Shown here: positions 10,261-19,121 of the stretch, one piece after another
Numbering within the stretch: the first letter of the stretch is position 1
Layout: each line of letters starts with the position of its first letter
Origin: Bacteriovoracia bacterium
GTDB taxonomy: Bacteria > Bdellovibrionota > UBA1018 > CAIPTA01
Reading direction: 5' to 3'
Assembly: GCA_050246755.1 (NCBI GenBank)
Contig: JBFWVL010000006.1
Span: 64,001 to 128,000, forward strand
DNA: 64,000 nucleotides
Made by a program: the position numbers and the translations under genes
Notes under the pieces: model-generated
Database searches by the model: none
What the model saw: only the letters and a program-made list of their open reading frames with translations
What the model was told of the DNA's origin: nothing

Positions 10261-10332
10261 TTATTTGGGAGAGGGTCGAATTTAACGCGCTCCGTCCCGC
10301 GGCGTCGTGGTTTCGCTAAGAATGGTTAAATT

Positions 10333-10785
10333 TCAGCGGCACTTTTTGCAGATGCCCAGCAGCTCGAAGCGGTGCGACGTAACCAAGAATCCCATTTCTT
10401 TGGCTTTTGCGATCATCGGGTCGATGCCGCAAAAATCGATGGGCGAGGCGGTTTGGCAGCTCGTGCAAAACACGTGGTGGTGATGGTGGGCCGAGGATTC
10501 CAAGCAAAAGTGGGTGGCGCCGGTGCCGAACTCGGTGGCTTGCAGCACACCGTCCTCCGAGAGGGTTTTCAGATTGCGGAAGACGGTAGCGCGGTCAAAG
10601 GCGAGTTTTTTGTATTTTTTTTTCTTCAGGCCGGCAAAAATTTGCTGGGCGTTTTGCGGTTGCTCGGCATGGAGCAAATACCGAACCAAAGCGAGCCGGA
10701 ACTCTGTTTTTTTGAGTCCGTGTTTCTCTAAAAGCGCGCCGGCCCCGAGTAAATGCTCATGGGAGTGATCGTGCTTTGCTTTCAT
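10333..10785 (-). CDS. zur: Fur-family regulator, probably Zur
   Basis: GLKKT..R, RATVFRNL..L, HHHHHVFCTSC, GICKKC; last gene of a metal-uptake operon headed by a Zur box. Confidence 0.8.
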   Translation of the reverse strand: MKAKHDHSHEHLLGAGALLEKHGLKKTEFRLALVRYLLHAEQPQNAQQIFAGLKKKKYKKLAFDRATVFRNLKTLSEDGVLQATEFGTGATHFCLESSAHHHHHVFCTSCQTASPIDFCGIDPMIAKAKEMGFLVTSHRFELLGICKKCR

Positions 10786-11569
10786 AGAGAATCTTTACCA
10801 GCAGCGCCAAGAAAAAACTAGCCGTAAGGGTTACCACCACGCTCGCCCCCGCGGGCAGATCGAGGCGGTAGGAGAGCAGAAAGGCTACCAGAATTTCGGA
10901 TACGCCGATGGCCCAGGCGAGCAGTAGCTGCGCTCGTAAGCCTTGCACCAGGCGGCAGGCGAGGGCCGCAGGAACCACGAGGATCGAGAATACCACCAGC
11001 ACGCCGGCGTGGGCGGTGGAAAAAGTGATCACGATGCCGAACAGTAAATAAAAAAGGAAATCCCATACCAGCGAGGTTAGCTCGCCGCGAGAGCAGGCCC
11101 AGAATTGCTTTCGGAATAGGTAGTGAATCGCACCCACCACCGAATATACGGCGAGCGTTTCCAGCACTTTCGGCCAAGTGACGAAGAGAATATTTCCCAC
11201 GAGCGCCTCTTTGAGGTGCTCGGTGCCATGGGGCAAGCGATCCGCCACGAGAATGAGGGCGCCGCTGGCGAGGGCGTAGGTAATGCCGATGAGAACTTCC
11301 TGCGATATTTTCCTTTCGTAGTGCCGCAGCAAAGCGAGCAGGAAGGCCACGAAGAGGCAGAGAAAGAGAGAGCAGAGTAAATGCGCGGGACCGCCTTCTT
11401 CCGGCGTCAGGTAGAGGCTGAGCGTGCCACCGAGGGCGGCCACTTGAGCGAGACTGATGTCCACGAAAATCACGCCGCGCTCGAGCACGTGGAGGCCCAA
11501 GTAGGAATGGATGGCTACGAGCAATACGGCGAGCGCAATCGGCGCGGCGAGAAAGGAAAGAGTTTCCAC
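10757..11569 (-). CDS. Metal ABC transporter permease (ZnuB/ABC-3 family)
   Basis: HSYLGLHVLERGVIFVDISLAQVAALG; GVLVVFSILVVPA; multi-TM. Confidence 0.85.
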   Translation of the reverse strand: METLSFLAAPIALAVLLVAIHSYLGLHVLERGVIFVDISLAQVAALGGTLSLYLTPEEGGPAHLLCSLFLCLFVAFLLALLRHYERKISQEVLIGITYALASGALILVADRLPHGTEHLKEALVGNILFVTWPKVLETLAVYSVVGAIHYLFRKQFWACSRGELTSLVWDFLFYLLFGIVITFSTAHAGVLVVFSILVVPAALACRLVQGLRAQLLLAWAIGVSEILVAFLLSYRLDLPAGASVVVTLTASFFLALLVKILYESKARSLP

Positions 11570-12465
11570 TATTTCGCCGCCTCAACCGCTTGCACCAAGC
11601 GCTCCACAAGTTCTTCCGTGCTGTGGATGGAAGGTTCCCCGCCCACGGACACGGGAACGCGCGCGATATGTGCGTCCGGTACGCTAAGCTTGATTTTTTC
11701 GCCCGCGGCCGAGTCGAAAAAATTCTCGATCAGCACGAGGCGGATTTTCTTCGCTTTCATCCCGGCGATCACCTCGAGGAGGTGGGAAGCGGTGGGCGGG
11801 ATGCCTGGTTTTGGTTCCAGCTGGTAGGAGTTTTTGATTCCGAAGCGTTCAAAAAAGTAGGAGAGCGTTTTGTGGTAGCTAACTGCTTCTTTGATCCCGG
11901 TTTTCGCGAGGCGTGCTTGCCAGGATTTGGTTTTGTCTTCGAGCTGCTTTTGCCAGGCGGCGGCATTCTTTCGGTAGAACTCTGCGTGAACACCATCCAG
12001 CTCTGCCAGGCGCTCGGCCACTATGACCGCGGCTTTTCCCATACGAACGGGATCCACCTGGAAGTGAGGATTTCCCCCTGGATGCACGTCGCCCTCAGCA
12101 CGCGAAACCGTGCCGGTGGGCTTCTCGATCGGATCGAGGGATGGGCCAAGTTCGAGAAAGCCTTTGCTTCCCGGGTTCACGCCGGGATTACGTGCCCCAC
12201 GGATGAGGGGGAGCAGCCACGCGGTTTCGAGCTCGAGGCCTTGCGCTACCACGAGGTTTGCGTTCCTTACTTGCACCATGAACGAAGGTTTCGCTTCGAT
12301 CTCGTGCGGATCCTGGGTTCCCTTCGCAATCGAGGTAGCCGCTACTTCCTGGCCGCCCACCACGGAAACGAGCGCCGCCAGATCGGTGGTGGTCGTGACC
12401 ACCGTTACTTTTGCTTCGGCAGGAGTAACTAGCGCCAGAAATACGAGAAAGAAAATTTTTTTCAT
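11569..12465 (-). CDS. Zn/Mn ABC substrate-binding protein (ZnuA/TroA family)
   Basis: Signal peptide; QDPHEIE, GDVHPGGNPH, YHKTLSY, EPKPGIPP. Confidence 0.9.
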   Translation of the reverse strand: MKKIFFLVFLALVTPAEAKVTVVTTTTDLAALVSVVGGQEVAATSIAKGTQDPHEIEAKPSFMVQVRNANLVVAQGLELETAWLLPLIRGARNPGVNPGSKGFLELGPSLDPIEKPTGTVSRAEGDVHPGGNPHFQVDPVRMGKAAVIVAERLAELDGVHAEFYRKNAAAWQKQLEDKTKSWQARLAKTGIKEAVSYHKTLSYFFERFGIKNSYQLEPKPGIPPTASHLLEVIAGMKAKKIRLVLIENFFDSAAGEKIKLSVPDAHIARVPVSVGGEPSIHSTEELVERLVQAVEAAK

Positions 12466-12476
12466 GGGTTCTCTTT

Positions 12477-13592
12477 TCAATAGGAATGCGAAGGATGCGC
12501 GCCGATCGTGAAATTAGCCTGCACCAAAAATTTTCTTTCTTTGCGGTTTCCCTGCGCGTTGGGGGGAGTGATCGCGTGATCGTACTCCGCCCGGAAAGAA
12601 GAAAACTCACTCGGGCTGAAGCTGAGCCCGGTGGAATATTTATCGGTAATGCCATTGGTGAGGGCGCTCGAATTTACGGCGGAGTCGGAATCTTCCACGC
12701 GCAAATGGTCGTAGCGGGCCACGGCCGCCCAGCGCTTCGCGAATTGGAACTGCACCCAAACGTTTCCGCCATTGGCCCTCTCGTTTTTAAGCGCGCCCGG
12801 CTGATCGAGCTTTCTTTGCAGGAATTCGCCGGCGAAGATCCAGGAATGGTATTTTCCGCCTTCTACAGGGCGCCATTTGAAGGTGAGGTCGGCGCCGAGC
12901 AATTTCGTTTTCGTGCGTAAATAGTTATTTCCTTCCGCATAGCTTCCACCCACTTCAGCGGTGAGCGAATCCGAGAGGTCCCAGAGGTTTTTCCAGTGGC
13001 CCACGCCTGCGCCATCGTCGGGGGTGGGAGATTTGAATTCGGTATTTTCTCCTGCTCCGCGGAAGAATTGGCCGGTGATTTCGCTATACCAAGAGAAAGG
13101 TAAAAGTACGGCGGCGGAGGCGCCCACGTCGTTCAGTCCTTCTTCGCCGAGGAGGGCGGTATTAGCCACCGGTGCTTCCACCAATGGGAATACGTGAGTG
13201 TGCAGGGTATTGTGCTTGCCGAAGGCCGCTTTAAATTTTCCCACCCGCAGGGTGGTATAGGGCACGTGGTTGCTTTCGGCGAAGAGCTCTTCTGGCTCGA
13301 CCTTCCAGGCTTGGTCCACCACGCCGGAGCTATTGAGAGTGTATTCCGGATGGATCGATAGCAGCATGGTAAGGCTGCTATAGGGGTCTACGTCGGAAAA
13401 AAAAGCGAGTTCGGCTTCTTGGAGATCGATCCCGTTCCGGGTCGTATTTGTTCCTTCCCGGCCCAAATTAGAGTGGCGATAGAGGAATAGCGTATTGGCG
13501 CTCACGTTCGGCGAATTTAGGGAGGACGGCTCCTGGGCAAAACTAATTTGGGTAAACGCTAGGGCCGCGGCGGCGAGTAGGAAAGGCTTCAT
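12477..13592 (-). CDS. Outer-membrane beta-barrel, zinc-regulated porin-like
   Basis: Signal peptide; QEAELAFFSDVDPY, GKFKAAFGKHNTLHTH, amphipathic strands, C-terminal IGAHPSHSY; about 370 aa with no plug domain. Confidence 0.75.
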   Translation of the reverse strand: MKPFLLAAAALAFTQISFAQEPSSLNSPNVSANTLFLYRHSNLGREGTNTTRNGIDLQEAELAFFSDVDPYSSLTMLLSIHPEYTLNSSGVVDQAWKVEPEELFAESNHVPYTTLRVGKFKAAFGKHNTLHTHVFPLVEAPVANTALLGEEGLNDVGASAAVLLPFSWYSEITGQFFRGAGENTEFKSPTPDDGAGVGHWKNLWDLSDSLTAEVGGSYAEGNNYLRTKTKLLGADLTFKWRPVEGGKYHSWIFAGEFLQRKLDQPGALKNERANGGNVWVQFQFAKRWAAVARYDHLRVEDSDSAVNSSALTNGITDKYSTGLSFSPSEFSSFRAEYDHAITPPNAQGNRKERKFLVQANFTIGAHPSHSY

Positions 13593-13611
13593 CTGCACCT
13601 CGAAAGTTGAT

Positions 13612-13630
13612 AATGCAACTTAGTCGCATT
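13612..13630. promoter_or_regulatory. Zur box-like palindrome AATGCAAC-TTA-GTCGCATT
   Basis: Close to the deltaproteobacterial Zur consensus ATGCAAC-N3-GTTGCAT (recalled); 20 nt upstream of the operon's first ATG. Confidence 0.75.
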
Positions 13631-13678
13631 TGAGTTTTCCGAAAGCAAGCAGAAATTTCCGTGCCACCGCGTCAATGG

Positions 13679-13891
13679 CTAGGCGGCTCGGGAGCCGTTG
13701 CGATTTTCCGGTTTCTGTTCGCCAGCGTGAATGGGCTCGTGCGGCGCAGGCTCTTCCAGTTTTTCTTCGTGAGGCGCGCCGGGGCGCTGGTTTTTGGGAT
13801 CGTAGCTAGCTTGGCGCCAGTCATCATGTTCGGTCATTCCCTCGGGGCCGAAATAGTAGTCGTGATGGTATTTTTTTGGACGTGGTGTCAT
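13679..13891 (-). CDS. Small (70 aa) hydrophilic hypothetical protein
   Basis: MTPRPKKYHHDYYFGPEGMTEHDDW...; RBS ggagg; sigma54-like promoter upstream. Confidence 0.55.
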   Translation of the reverse strand: MTPRPKKYHHDYYFGPEGMTEHDDWRQASYDPKNQRPGAPHEEKLEEPAPHEPIHAGEQKPENRNGSRAA

Positions 13892-13917
13892 CGGAAGCCT
13901 CCCTGGCGAGGGAGGTA

Positions 13918-13932
13918 GCAAGATAGGGCCCA
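13918..13932 (-). promoter_or_regulatory. Putative sigma54 promoter (TGGGCCCTATCTTGC)
   Basis: TGG-N8-TTGC spacing, 27 nt upstream of ATG 13891. Confidence 0.55.
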
Positions 13933-13933
13933 A

Positions 13934-14815
13934 CTAGGGCGAAACGGATGCGGCGGGTTGCCCGATCGGCACGATGGTAGGTGCCGGTGCGCCCGGTGGG
14001 CGAGGGCGAGGGCGAGGCATGGGAATGGGATGTTCTCCGTCGGCGGCAGGCATGGGGGAGGGGGGGACTCCGGGTTCTGCCAAGGTATTGGGCATCACCG
14101 AATCGGAAAGAGGAACTGGTCGAGGTGCTTCGGCAGGGCGCGGGCGCGGAAGAGGGATTTTGGGCTTTTCGGGGTCTGGGCATTTAGATATTTCGCCCTT
14201 AAAAACTTGGTCGCGCATAAATTCGTAGCCGGCGAGGCACTCGGCTTTCAAAAAGTTTGGCGCCGTAATATAGCCCGAAAAAACTTCGGCGAAAGTTTCG
14301 TTGAGGTCATTATTATGGGGCTGGCCATTGCGGCGATGAGTGCTATAGCCGTCGAAACCGCGGCAGGTGCGAAAAGCCGAGGCACGAAAAGCTTCGTACG
14401 CGGTTTTCCCCCGGATATCCATCGTGTGCCCAATCCAGTGGCCGATTTCGTGAGCCACCGTGCCGGTGCTTACCGGGCAGGCGTATAGAGTATTGTTTTG
14501 ATCGAGGCAGCCCATGGAATACAAGATTCGGTTTCCGCCAAACTGATTGCTGCCATGGTTGGCTACGACGTAACTGAATTTGAGGGGGTCGAGAAAACGG
14601 CGCGCATCCATTTTCATTTCGCGCAGGCGCTTTAGGACGGCATCCGTACGCTCTTTAGAGATCGCTTCCACGGCGCCCTTGCGGCCTTTCGGAAGTCCAA
14701 GGCAGAGGCCCTGCTCGGAGCTTGGGATATCTCCGATCATATGCACGTTGGAGCGCGCGTGAGCCAAGCTGGTCATAAGGCAGAGCGCGATGGTGAGAAA
14801 AGACAGTGCTTTCAT
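13934..14815 (-). CDS. Secreted gluzincin-type zinc metallopeptidase with Pro-rich tail
   Basis: Signal peptide MKALSFL...AHA; AHEIGH plus NETFAEVF; C-terminal IPLPRPRP / IPMPRPRPRP. Confidence 0.7.
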   Translation of the reverse strand: MKALSFLTIALCLMTSLAHARSNVHMIGDIPSSEQGLCLGLPKGRKGAVEAISKERTDAVLKRLREMKMDARRFLDPLKFSYVVANHGSNQFGGNRILYSMGCLDQNNTLYACPVSTGTVAHEIGHWIGHTMDIRGKTAYEAFRASAFRTCRGFDGYSTHRRNGQPHNNDLNETFAEVFSGYITAPNFLKAECLAGYEFMRDQVFKGEISKCPDPEKPKIPLPRPRPAEAPRPVPLSDSVMPNTLAEPGVPPSPMPAADGEHPIPMPRPRPRPPGAPAPTIVPIGQPAASVSP

Positions 14816-15054
14816 AGGGGACCAGCTAAATAGTATACTTAATTGGTCTGATATCCAATGAAAACCTATTAATAATTTCGTCAATTATATTAATGGGTTG
14901 GGGGACTGAAATCAGCCTTTCCCTGGGCGATCAGACTTTCGATTTCTATCGGGCCCGAGAGCCAGTATTATGAAGGCGCCTGAACAATCCATATTTAAAT
15001 TCGACTGATTCTTCGCCCAGCGAGGCCTGCGATTTTTTTGATTTCGTCCTCTGC

Positions 15055-17124
15055 TTGATCCTCATTTTCGGAGCCTGGTTTCTATGGTTCGGCTGGAAAC
15101 CGGGAATTATATTTTCGGCGGGAGATGGCCTGGATTATGCGTATCCCGCGATTCATTTTTTAAAAGAAAATGTAACAAAAAATATTTACTACGATCCTTC
15201 CTGGCTAGGCGGGGCGAAAGTGGAAGGGGTTTGGGCAAGCCCTTGGTTCCTTAGTTTGCCCCTGCGTCTCGGGCTAAGCACGCCTTCCCTATTTTTTCTC
15301 TGCTTTTTCGTGCCGCAGGTATTGCTCGCGTTTGCTTCCTTACGATTCTTGGAAAGCTTGGGCGCGGGTGTCTCCGATTTTCGCCCGGCGAATATCCTCA
15401 AGAAAATCTCCTGGATATTCCTAGTTGCCTTCCCGCCTTTTCTCGGCTGGTCGTTCCTGGAAGGGCGATTTTTCTTTCCCTCTCTGTTCGCGCTGGCGGT
15501 TTGCGCCTTGTTCGCGAGTATCTGCCGAAGACAACTCAGCGTTTTCTCGGCTTTGGTATTGGTGGCTACCTTGGTGAGCACGGCGCAAAGCGTATCGTAC
15601 CAGCAGTTTATTTCGGCGGCCTACGTCAGCCTTCCATTCCTATCGATTTTGGCCTGGAAACTTAAGCCCGGGAAATTCGAGCTGGCGATTTTTTTTACCC
15701 TAGGTGCAGTGGCCGCGCTCTGGTGTCTCCGTCAGCAGCTAGAAATGCTCGCGCATTTTATGGGTGCCGACGCTTCCCGCTCGGAAAAGGGCGCGCAAAT
15801 TGTCTTCTCCTTCGTGGTGATGAACTGGCGCGACTGGCTTGCCTCGATTTTCTGGCATAGAGAGCTGCTAACGCCGCGGCGGCCCATGATCGAGATTACC
15901 GAAACGAATATCGCTTTCGGTCCCTTGTTGATTTTTCTCCTGGCCGGCTGGAGCTCTAGCCGCTGGCGCAGCTTGGGTTGGGCGGCACTGGGGCTATTCG
16001 TGGTTTTAGCGGCATTCGCTTCGAATGTATTTCCTGTTCCGTCGCTCCTATTTTTTCTCGCGCCTCCGCTGGAATATTTTCGCGTGCCGGTGCGCACGAT
16101 TTTTCCTCTCCTTTACTGTGCCCTGCCGATCGCGCTCTTTTTCCTCGAGGAGGCTAGGGCGCCCGGAACGGTAAAAAAATCATGGGCGGCGAGCTGGATC
16201 CTTCTTCTGAGTTTGGCCGTATACTTTAGCCCACCTCCGATCAGAGAGGGAATGGTTTGGATTTTAGTGGCGGCATTGGTGTGGAAAAAATCCGCTAAAA
16301 AATTCGGCAGTGAGGTTTTCCTTTTTCCGCTCGCGCTGGCGTCACTGCTGGCATTCGGCGCAAGACTAGCCTTTACTCACGACCTCAGTGAAACGGACGC
16401 GAATGCCCAGGCGCTCAGGGAGAAAATCCTGAGGGAGGCGCCCGAGCTTAAAAACCCTCTCGTGCGCGCCACGCTAGATTTTCAGGACAAAAAATTTCAC
16501 GCCAACACGGCGCACGTATTAGGAATTTCTTCCCTCGACGGATACTGGCAGCCACTAAAATCTTTTAACTCTATCGCCAGCGACGCTTACCGCGTTCCGG
16601 CCAATCCTCTCGCGCTGAATTTTCGCATCCCAAATTCGGAGCCGGCCTCGGAAAAACTATTCAAGCTTTACAACGTGAAATATCGCCTTCGCCTGGAAGC
16701 CGACGGCACATTGCGGGTGAGGCCCGTGGATTCTAAAGGAACGAGTGCGTGGCTGCTCCAGAGCGGCGCAGATTTGCCCTGCGGAGATGGCCAGGTAAAA
16801 GCGCTCCGCATCCTCGACGCTTATTTTTCTTTGGAGACTGAGGTGCAGAACGCCGGCGGCTGCCGCCTCGTGTTTGCGAGCAACTTCGCCGAAAATATAC
16901 TTGCCACCGATGAGGGAGGAAAAATTTTACCCACGCGGCCGGCGCTCGGCGGCCTCTTGGCCGTGCAATTACCTGAACATGTGGAACGCGTGAGCTTACG
17001 GGCCGTTTCCTCCGCGCCGGCTTGGACGAGGTTTTCTCAAATTTTAGGTGGGATATTATTCTTTCTGGCTATTGCGCTCTGGCGCCGCCGTTATCCTCGC
17101 CGCCTTCATCATCGGGCGGGATAA
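15055..17124 (+). CDS. YfhO-like polytopic membrane protein (GT-C fold)
   Basis: GDGLDYAYP...YYDPSWLGG, FRVPVR, SLDGY motifs; many TMs; start uncertain (the frame is open from about 14974). Confidence 0.6.
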   Translation: MILIFGAWFLWFGWKPGIIFSAGDGLDYAYPAIHFLKENVTKNIYYDPSWLGGAKVEGVWASPWFLSLPLRLGLSTPSLFFLCFFVPQVLLAFASLRFLESLGAGVSDFRPANILKKISWIFLVAFPPFLGWSFLEGRFFFPSLFALAVCALFASICRRQLSVFSALVLVATLVSTAQSVSYQQFISAAYVSLPFLSILAWKLKPGKFELAIFFTLGAVAALWCLRQQLEMLAHFMGADASRSEKGAQIVFSFVVMNWRDWLASIFWHRELLTPRRPMIEITETNIAFGPLLIFLLAGWSSSRWRSLGWAALGLFVVLAAFASNVFPVPSLLFFLAPPLEYFRVPVRTIFPLLYCALPIALFFLEEARAPGTVKKSWAASWILLLSLAVYFSPPPIREGMVWILVAALVWKKSAKKFGSEVFLFPLALASLLAFGARLAFTHDLSETDANAQALREKILREAPELKNPLVRATLDFQDKKFHANTAHVLGISSLDGYWQPLKSFNSIASDAYRVPANPLALNFRIPNSEPASEKLFKLYNVKYRLRLEADGTLRVRPVDSKGTSAWLLQSGADLPCGDGQVKALRILDAYFSLETEVQNAGGCRLVFASNFAENILATDEGGKILPTRPALGGLLAVQLPEHVERVSLRAVSSAPAWTRFSQILGGILFFLAIALWRRRYPRRLHHRAG

Positions 17125-17935
17125 TCGGCTCTCCCGGGGAAGAGCATTGCAGTAGTTCCGGCAGTGGGCTGAGCGTAGGGATGGCGCGCAGCTGCTCCGT
17201 GGACAAAGCCGGGGCTTCTCCGTTTTCTCCGCTCAAGTAAAAATCGCTGATTTCTTTGCCGGTGGCAGCAGAAATTTTTTCCAGGTAGCTGCGCTCTACT
17301 TCCAAAGGAGAATCGCCGGCAATCTTTGCGCCGACGCTACCCGTCCAGTCGTATACTTTCGTTTGTTCTATGAAAATAGGATTTTTTTCGCTTCCGCAGG
17401 GAACATCGTAACTCACAAAACGATTTGAAAATTCCAATTGCTGCGGCGATAGCCAGCGATACTCCAGACGGAGGCCCGATTCGCTTTGTGCCACCAACCG
17501 TTCCCGCGTATGTTCTTTAATCAAGTAGGTTTCGGTTGTGCCGTCGGTTTCAGTGAGCACGAGGGATTCGCAGCCGTTCTGGATGATGTTCAAATCGTCC
17601 TGGAGCTGGCTCACGTTCACCGGTGTGAACTGAAAAGCGCCAAAGGCGAAGAGCACTTCAAAATTGGCACGGATTTTTTTCTTCGAGCTGAATTGAATTT
17701 TTTTAGAAATTTCTAATCCGGTGATATCGGCGCTGATCTTTCGCAGGTTCTGTAGGTATTTAGGAATACTTAGGCAGCCTTGGGTATTAACGGATTCTTC
17801 TAAAGAAACAGATGTCCTGGCTGGAACGTGGTTTTGGGTATTTTCCGAGTCCCTATTCTTTCCGCAAGAGAGAACAGTGAGGGAGAAAATAAATAACCAG
17901 TTGGATCGGCGACACAGATTCGTGAGCGAAGGCAT
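17069..17935 (-). CDS. Hypothetical lipoprotein
   Basis: Lipobox VLSC; four further Cys; start placed at ATG 17935, after the upstream terminator. Confidence 0.6.
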   Translation of the reverse strand: MPSLTNLCRRSNWLFIFSLTVLSCGKNRDSENTQNHVPARTSVSLEESVNTQGCLSIPKYLQNLRKISADITGLEISKKIQFSSKKKIRANFEVLFAFGAFQFTPVNVSQLQDDLNIIQNGCESLVLTETDGTTETYLIKEHTRERLVAQSESGLRLEYRWLSPQQLEFSNRFVSYDVPCGSEKNPIFIEQTKVYDWTGSVGAKIAGDSPLEVERSYLEKISAATGKEISDFYLSGENGEAPALSTEQLRAIPTLSPLPELLQCSSPGEPIIPPDDEGGEDNGGARAQ

Positions 17936-17957
17936 TGGCGAAACTCCATCTCCATAG

Positions 17958-17988
17958 AAAAAGGGAGGCGGCTTGCACCGCCCCCCTT
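17958..17988 (-). terminator. Rho-independent terminator after the Q/K-repeat lipoprotein
   Basis: Minus strand AGGGGGGCGG-tgcaag-CCGCCTCCCT-TTTT. Confidence 0.75.
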
Positions 17989-18016
17989 CCTGCATTCTTG
18001 TTCTTATTTTAGCGGC

Positions 18017-18784
18017 TTATACTTTCGAGCCCTGATCCTGGCCTTTGTCTTCGCCTTTAGCAGGCTCTTCTACTTTGCCTTGGTCTTGGCCTTTATCTTG
18101 ATCCTGGCCTTTGCCTTGGTCTTCGTCTTTAGGCTGAGCAATCTCGCGGAGATTCATGGTGAAGGAAACAAGCTTGCAAGATTGTACTTCGCCCTTGTCT
18201 TCGCCTTTATCTTGGTCCGACCCCAGCGCCACGATTTTGCCTTGGTCTTGGCCTTTATCTTGATCCTGGTCTTGGCCTTTGTCTTCTTCTTTCGGAGCCA
18301 TGCACTCCTTAAGATTTACCGTTACGGTGCCCGTAGAGAGACCCTGATCGGCCGCTTCGTGAGTATACGAGAGGCTTTCCACGGTCATCCCCGATTTCGA
18401 AAATACGATCGAAGGGCTAGCTTCGTGAAGGTCGGCGGCCAAGATCAATTCTTCTCCCGACCAGAATTCGAGATTCTGCGCGCGAGTCTCCACGGCTTTA
18501 GAAATCGACGTCAACTCGGCCACGTTGGCGGCGAGGGTAGGGTAGCCTTCGAAGGTTGTGTCGTCGACCACGTCCACTGATTGCCCGTCGACCATCATCG
18601 AGCCTTTTTCTACGGTGAATGCATAGGCCGCAATGCCGCGCTCATAGGCTGGGTTGGAGTCGGCTAAGGCCGGTGCGGCTTTGGCGTTGCCGGAAGTGAG
18701 GGTATTGCTGTCGTTGCTGCCACTGCTGCAAGCGGCAAGAGAGCAGATGGCGAGAGCTCCGATAAATAGATTTCCTAATTTCAT
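18017..18784 (-). CDS. Lipoprotein with C-terminal (D)KGQDQ Gln/Lys/Asp repeats
   Basis: Lipobox LAAC; repeats DKGQDQDQDKGQDQGK...GKGQDQDKGQDQGK...DKGQDQGSK; RBS ggagg. Confidence 0.85.
   Translation of the reverse strand: MKLGNLFIGALAICSLAACSSGSNDSNTLTSGNAKAAPALADSNPAYERGIAAYAFTVEKGSMMVDGQSVDVVDDTTFEGYPTLAANVAELTSISKAVETRAQNLEFWSGEELILAADLHEASPSIVFSKSGMTVESLSYTHEAADQGLSTGTVTVNLKECMAPKEEDKGQDQDQDKGQDQGKIVALGSDQDKGEDKGEVQSCKLVSFTMNLREIAQPKDEDQGKGQDQDKGQDQGKVEEPAKGEDKGQDQGSKV
18074..18269. repeat. 34-bp exact direct repeat (18074-18107 and 18236-18269) within degenerate coding repeats
   Basis: tttgccttggtcttggcctttatcttgatcctgg occurs twice and encodes QDQDKGQDQGK. Confidence 0.9.
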
Positions 18785-18851
18785 TTTCTTAATCCTCCAA
18801 ATGAAGCCGAATAAATCGAGCCTCGTTAATTTTTAGTTCTTCGAGCCATTT

Positions 18852-18866
18852 GCAACTGCCGGACCA
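18852..18866 (-). promoter_or_regulatory. Putative sigma54 promoter (TGGTCCGGCAGTTGC) for the Q/K-repeat lipoprotein
   Basis: Correct -24/-12 spacing, 68 nt upstream of ATG. Confidence 0.6.
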
Positions 18867-19039
18867 ATTTTTTTTCCGCGGATCATCTAACGCTTTCTCT
18901 CGAGAGAACCGATGCGCGCAAATTTTGCGGATATTTTCTCCACGGGCGGCTTGGTACGTCGTAACGAAATCGCCCCGTGTTCCCGGGGCGGTCTTACTCT
19001 CTGATCTTATTTTTCTCTGACGAATTTCCGCTGTCTGCC

Positions 19040-19054
19040 CGGCACCGACTTTGC
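19040..19054 (+). promoter_or_regulatory. Putative sigma54 promoter (CGGCACCGACTTTGC) for the transglutaminase
   Basis: GGCAC-N5-TTGC, 68 nt upstream of ATG 19122. Confidence 0.65.
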
Positions 19055-19121
19055 GTGAGCGGCAGTTTGGAAGAGGAAAAAAATTTTATTTTGAATCAAC
19101 GTAGAAGCCCAAGGGGAAATT

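Noticed and set aside
14910-15020. Possible structured RNA (CTGGGCGA...TCGCCCAG)
   Set aside because: Only an 8-bp stem, matches no riboswitch I recognise, and the 3' arm may be coding for the YfhO-like gene.
18020-18290. CRISPR-like repeat array
   Set aside because: In-frame coding repeats of a lipoprotein; no regular unique spacers and no cas genes.
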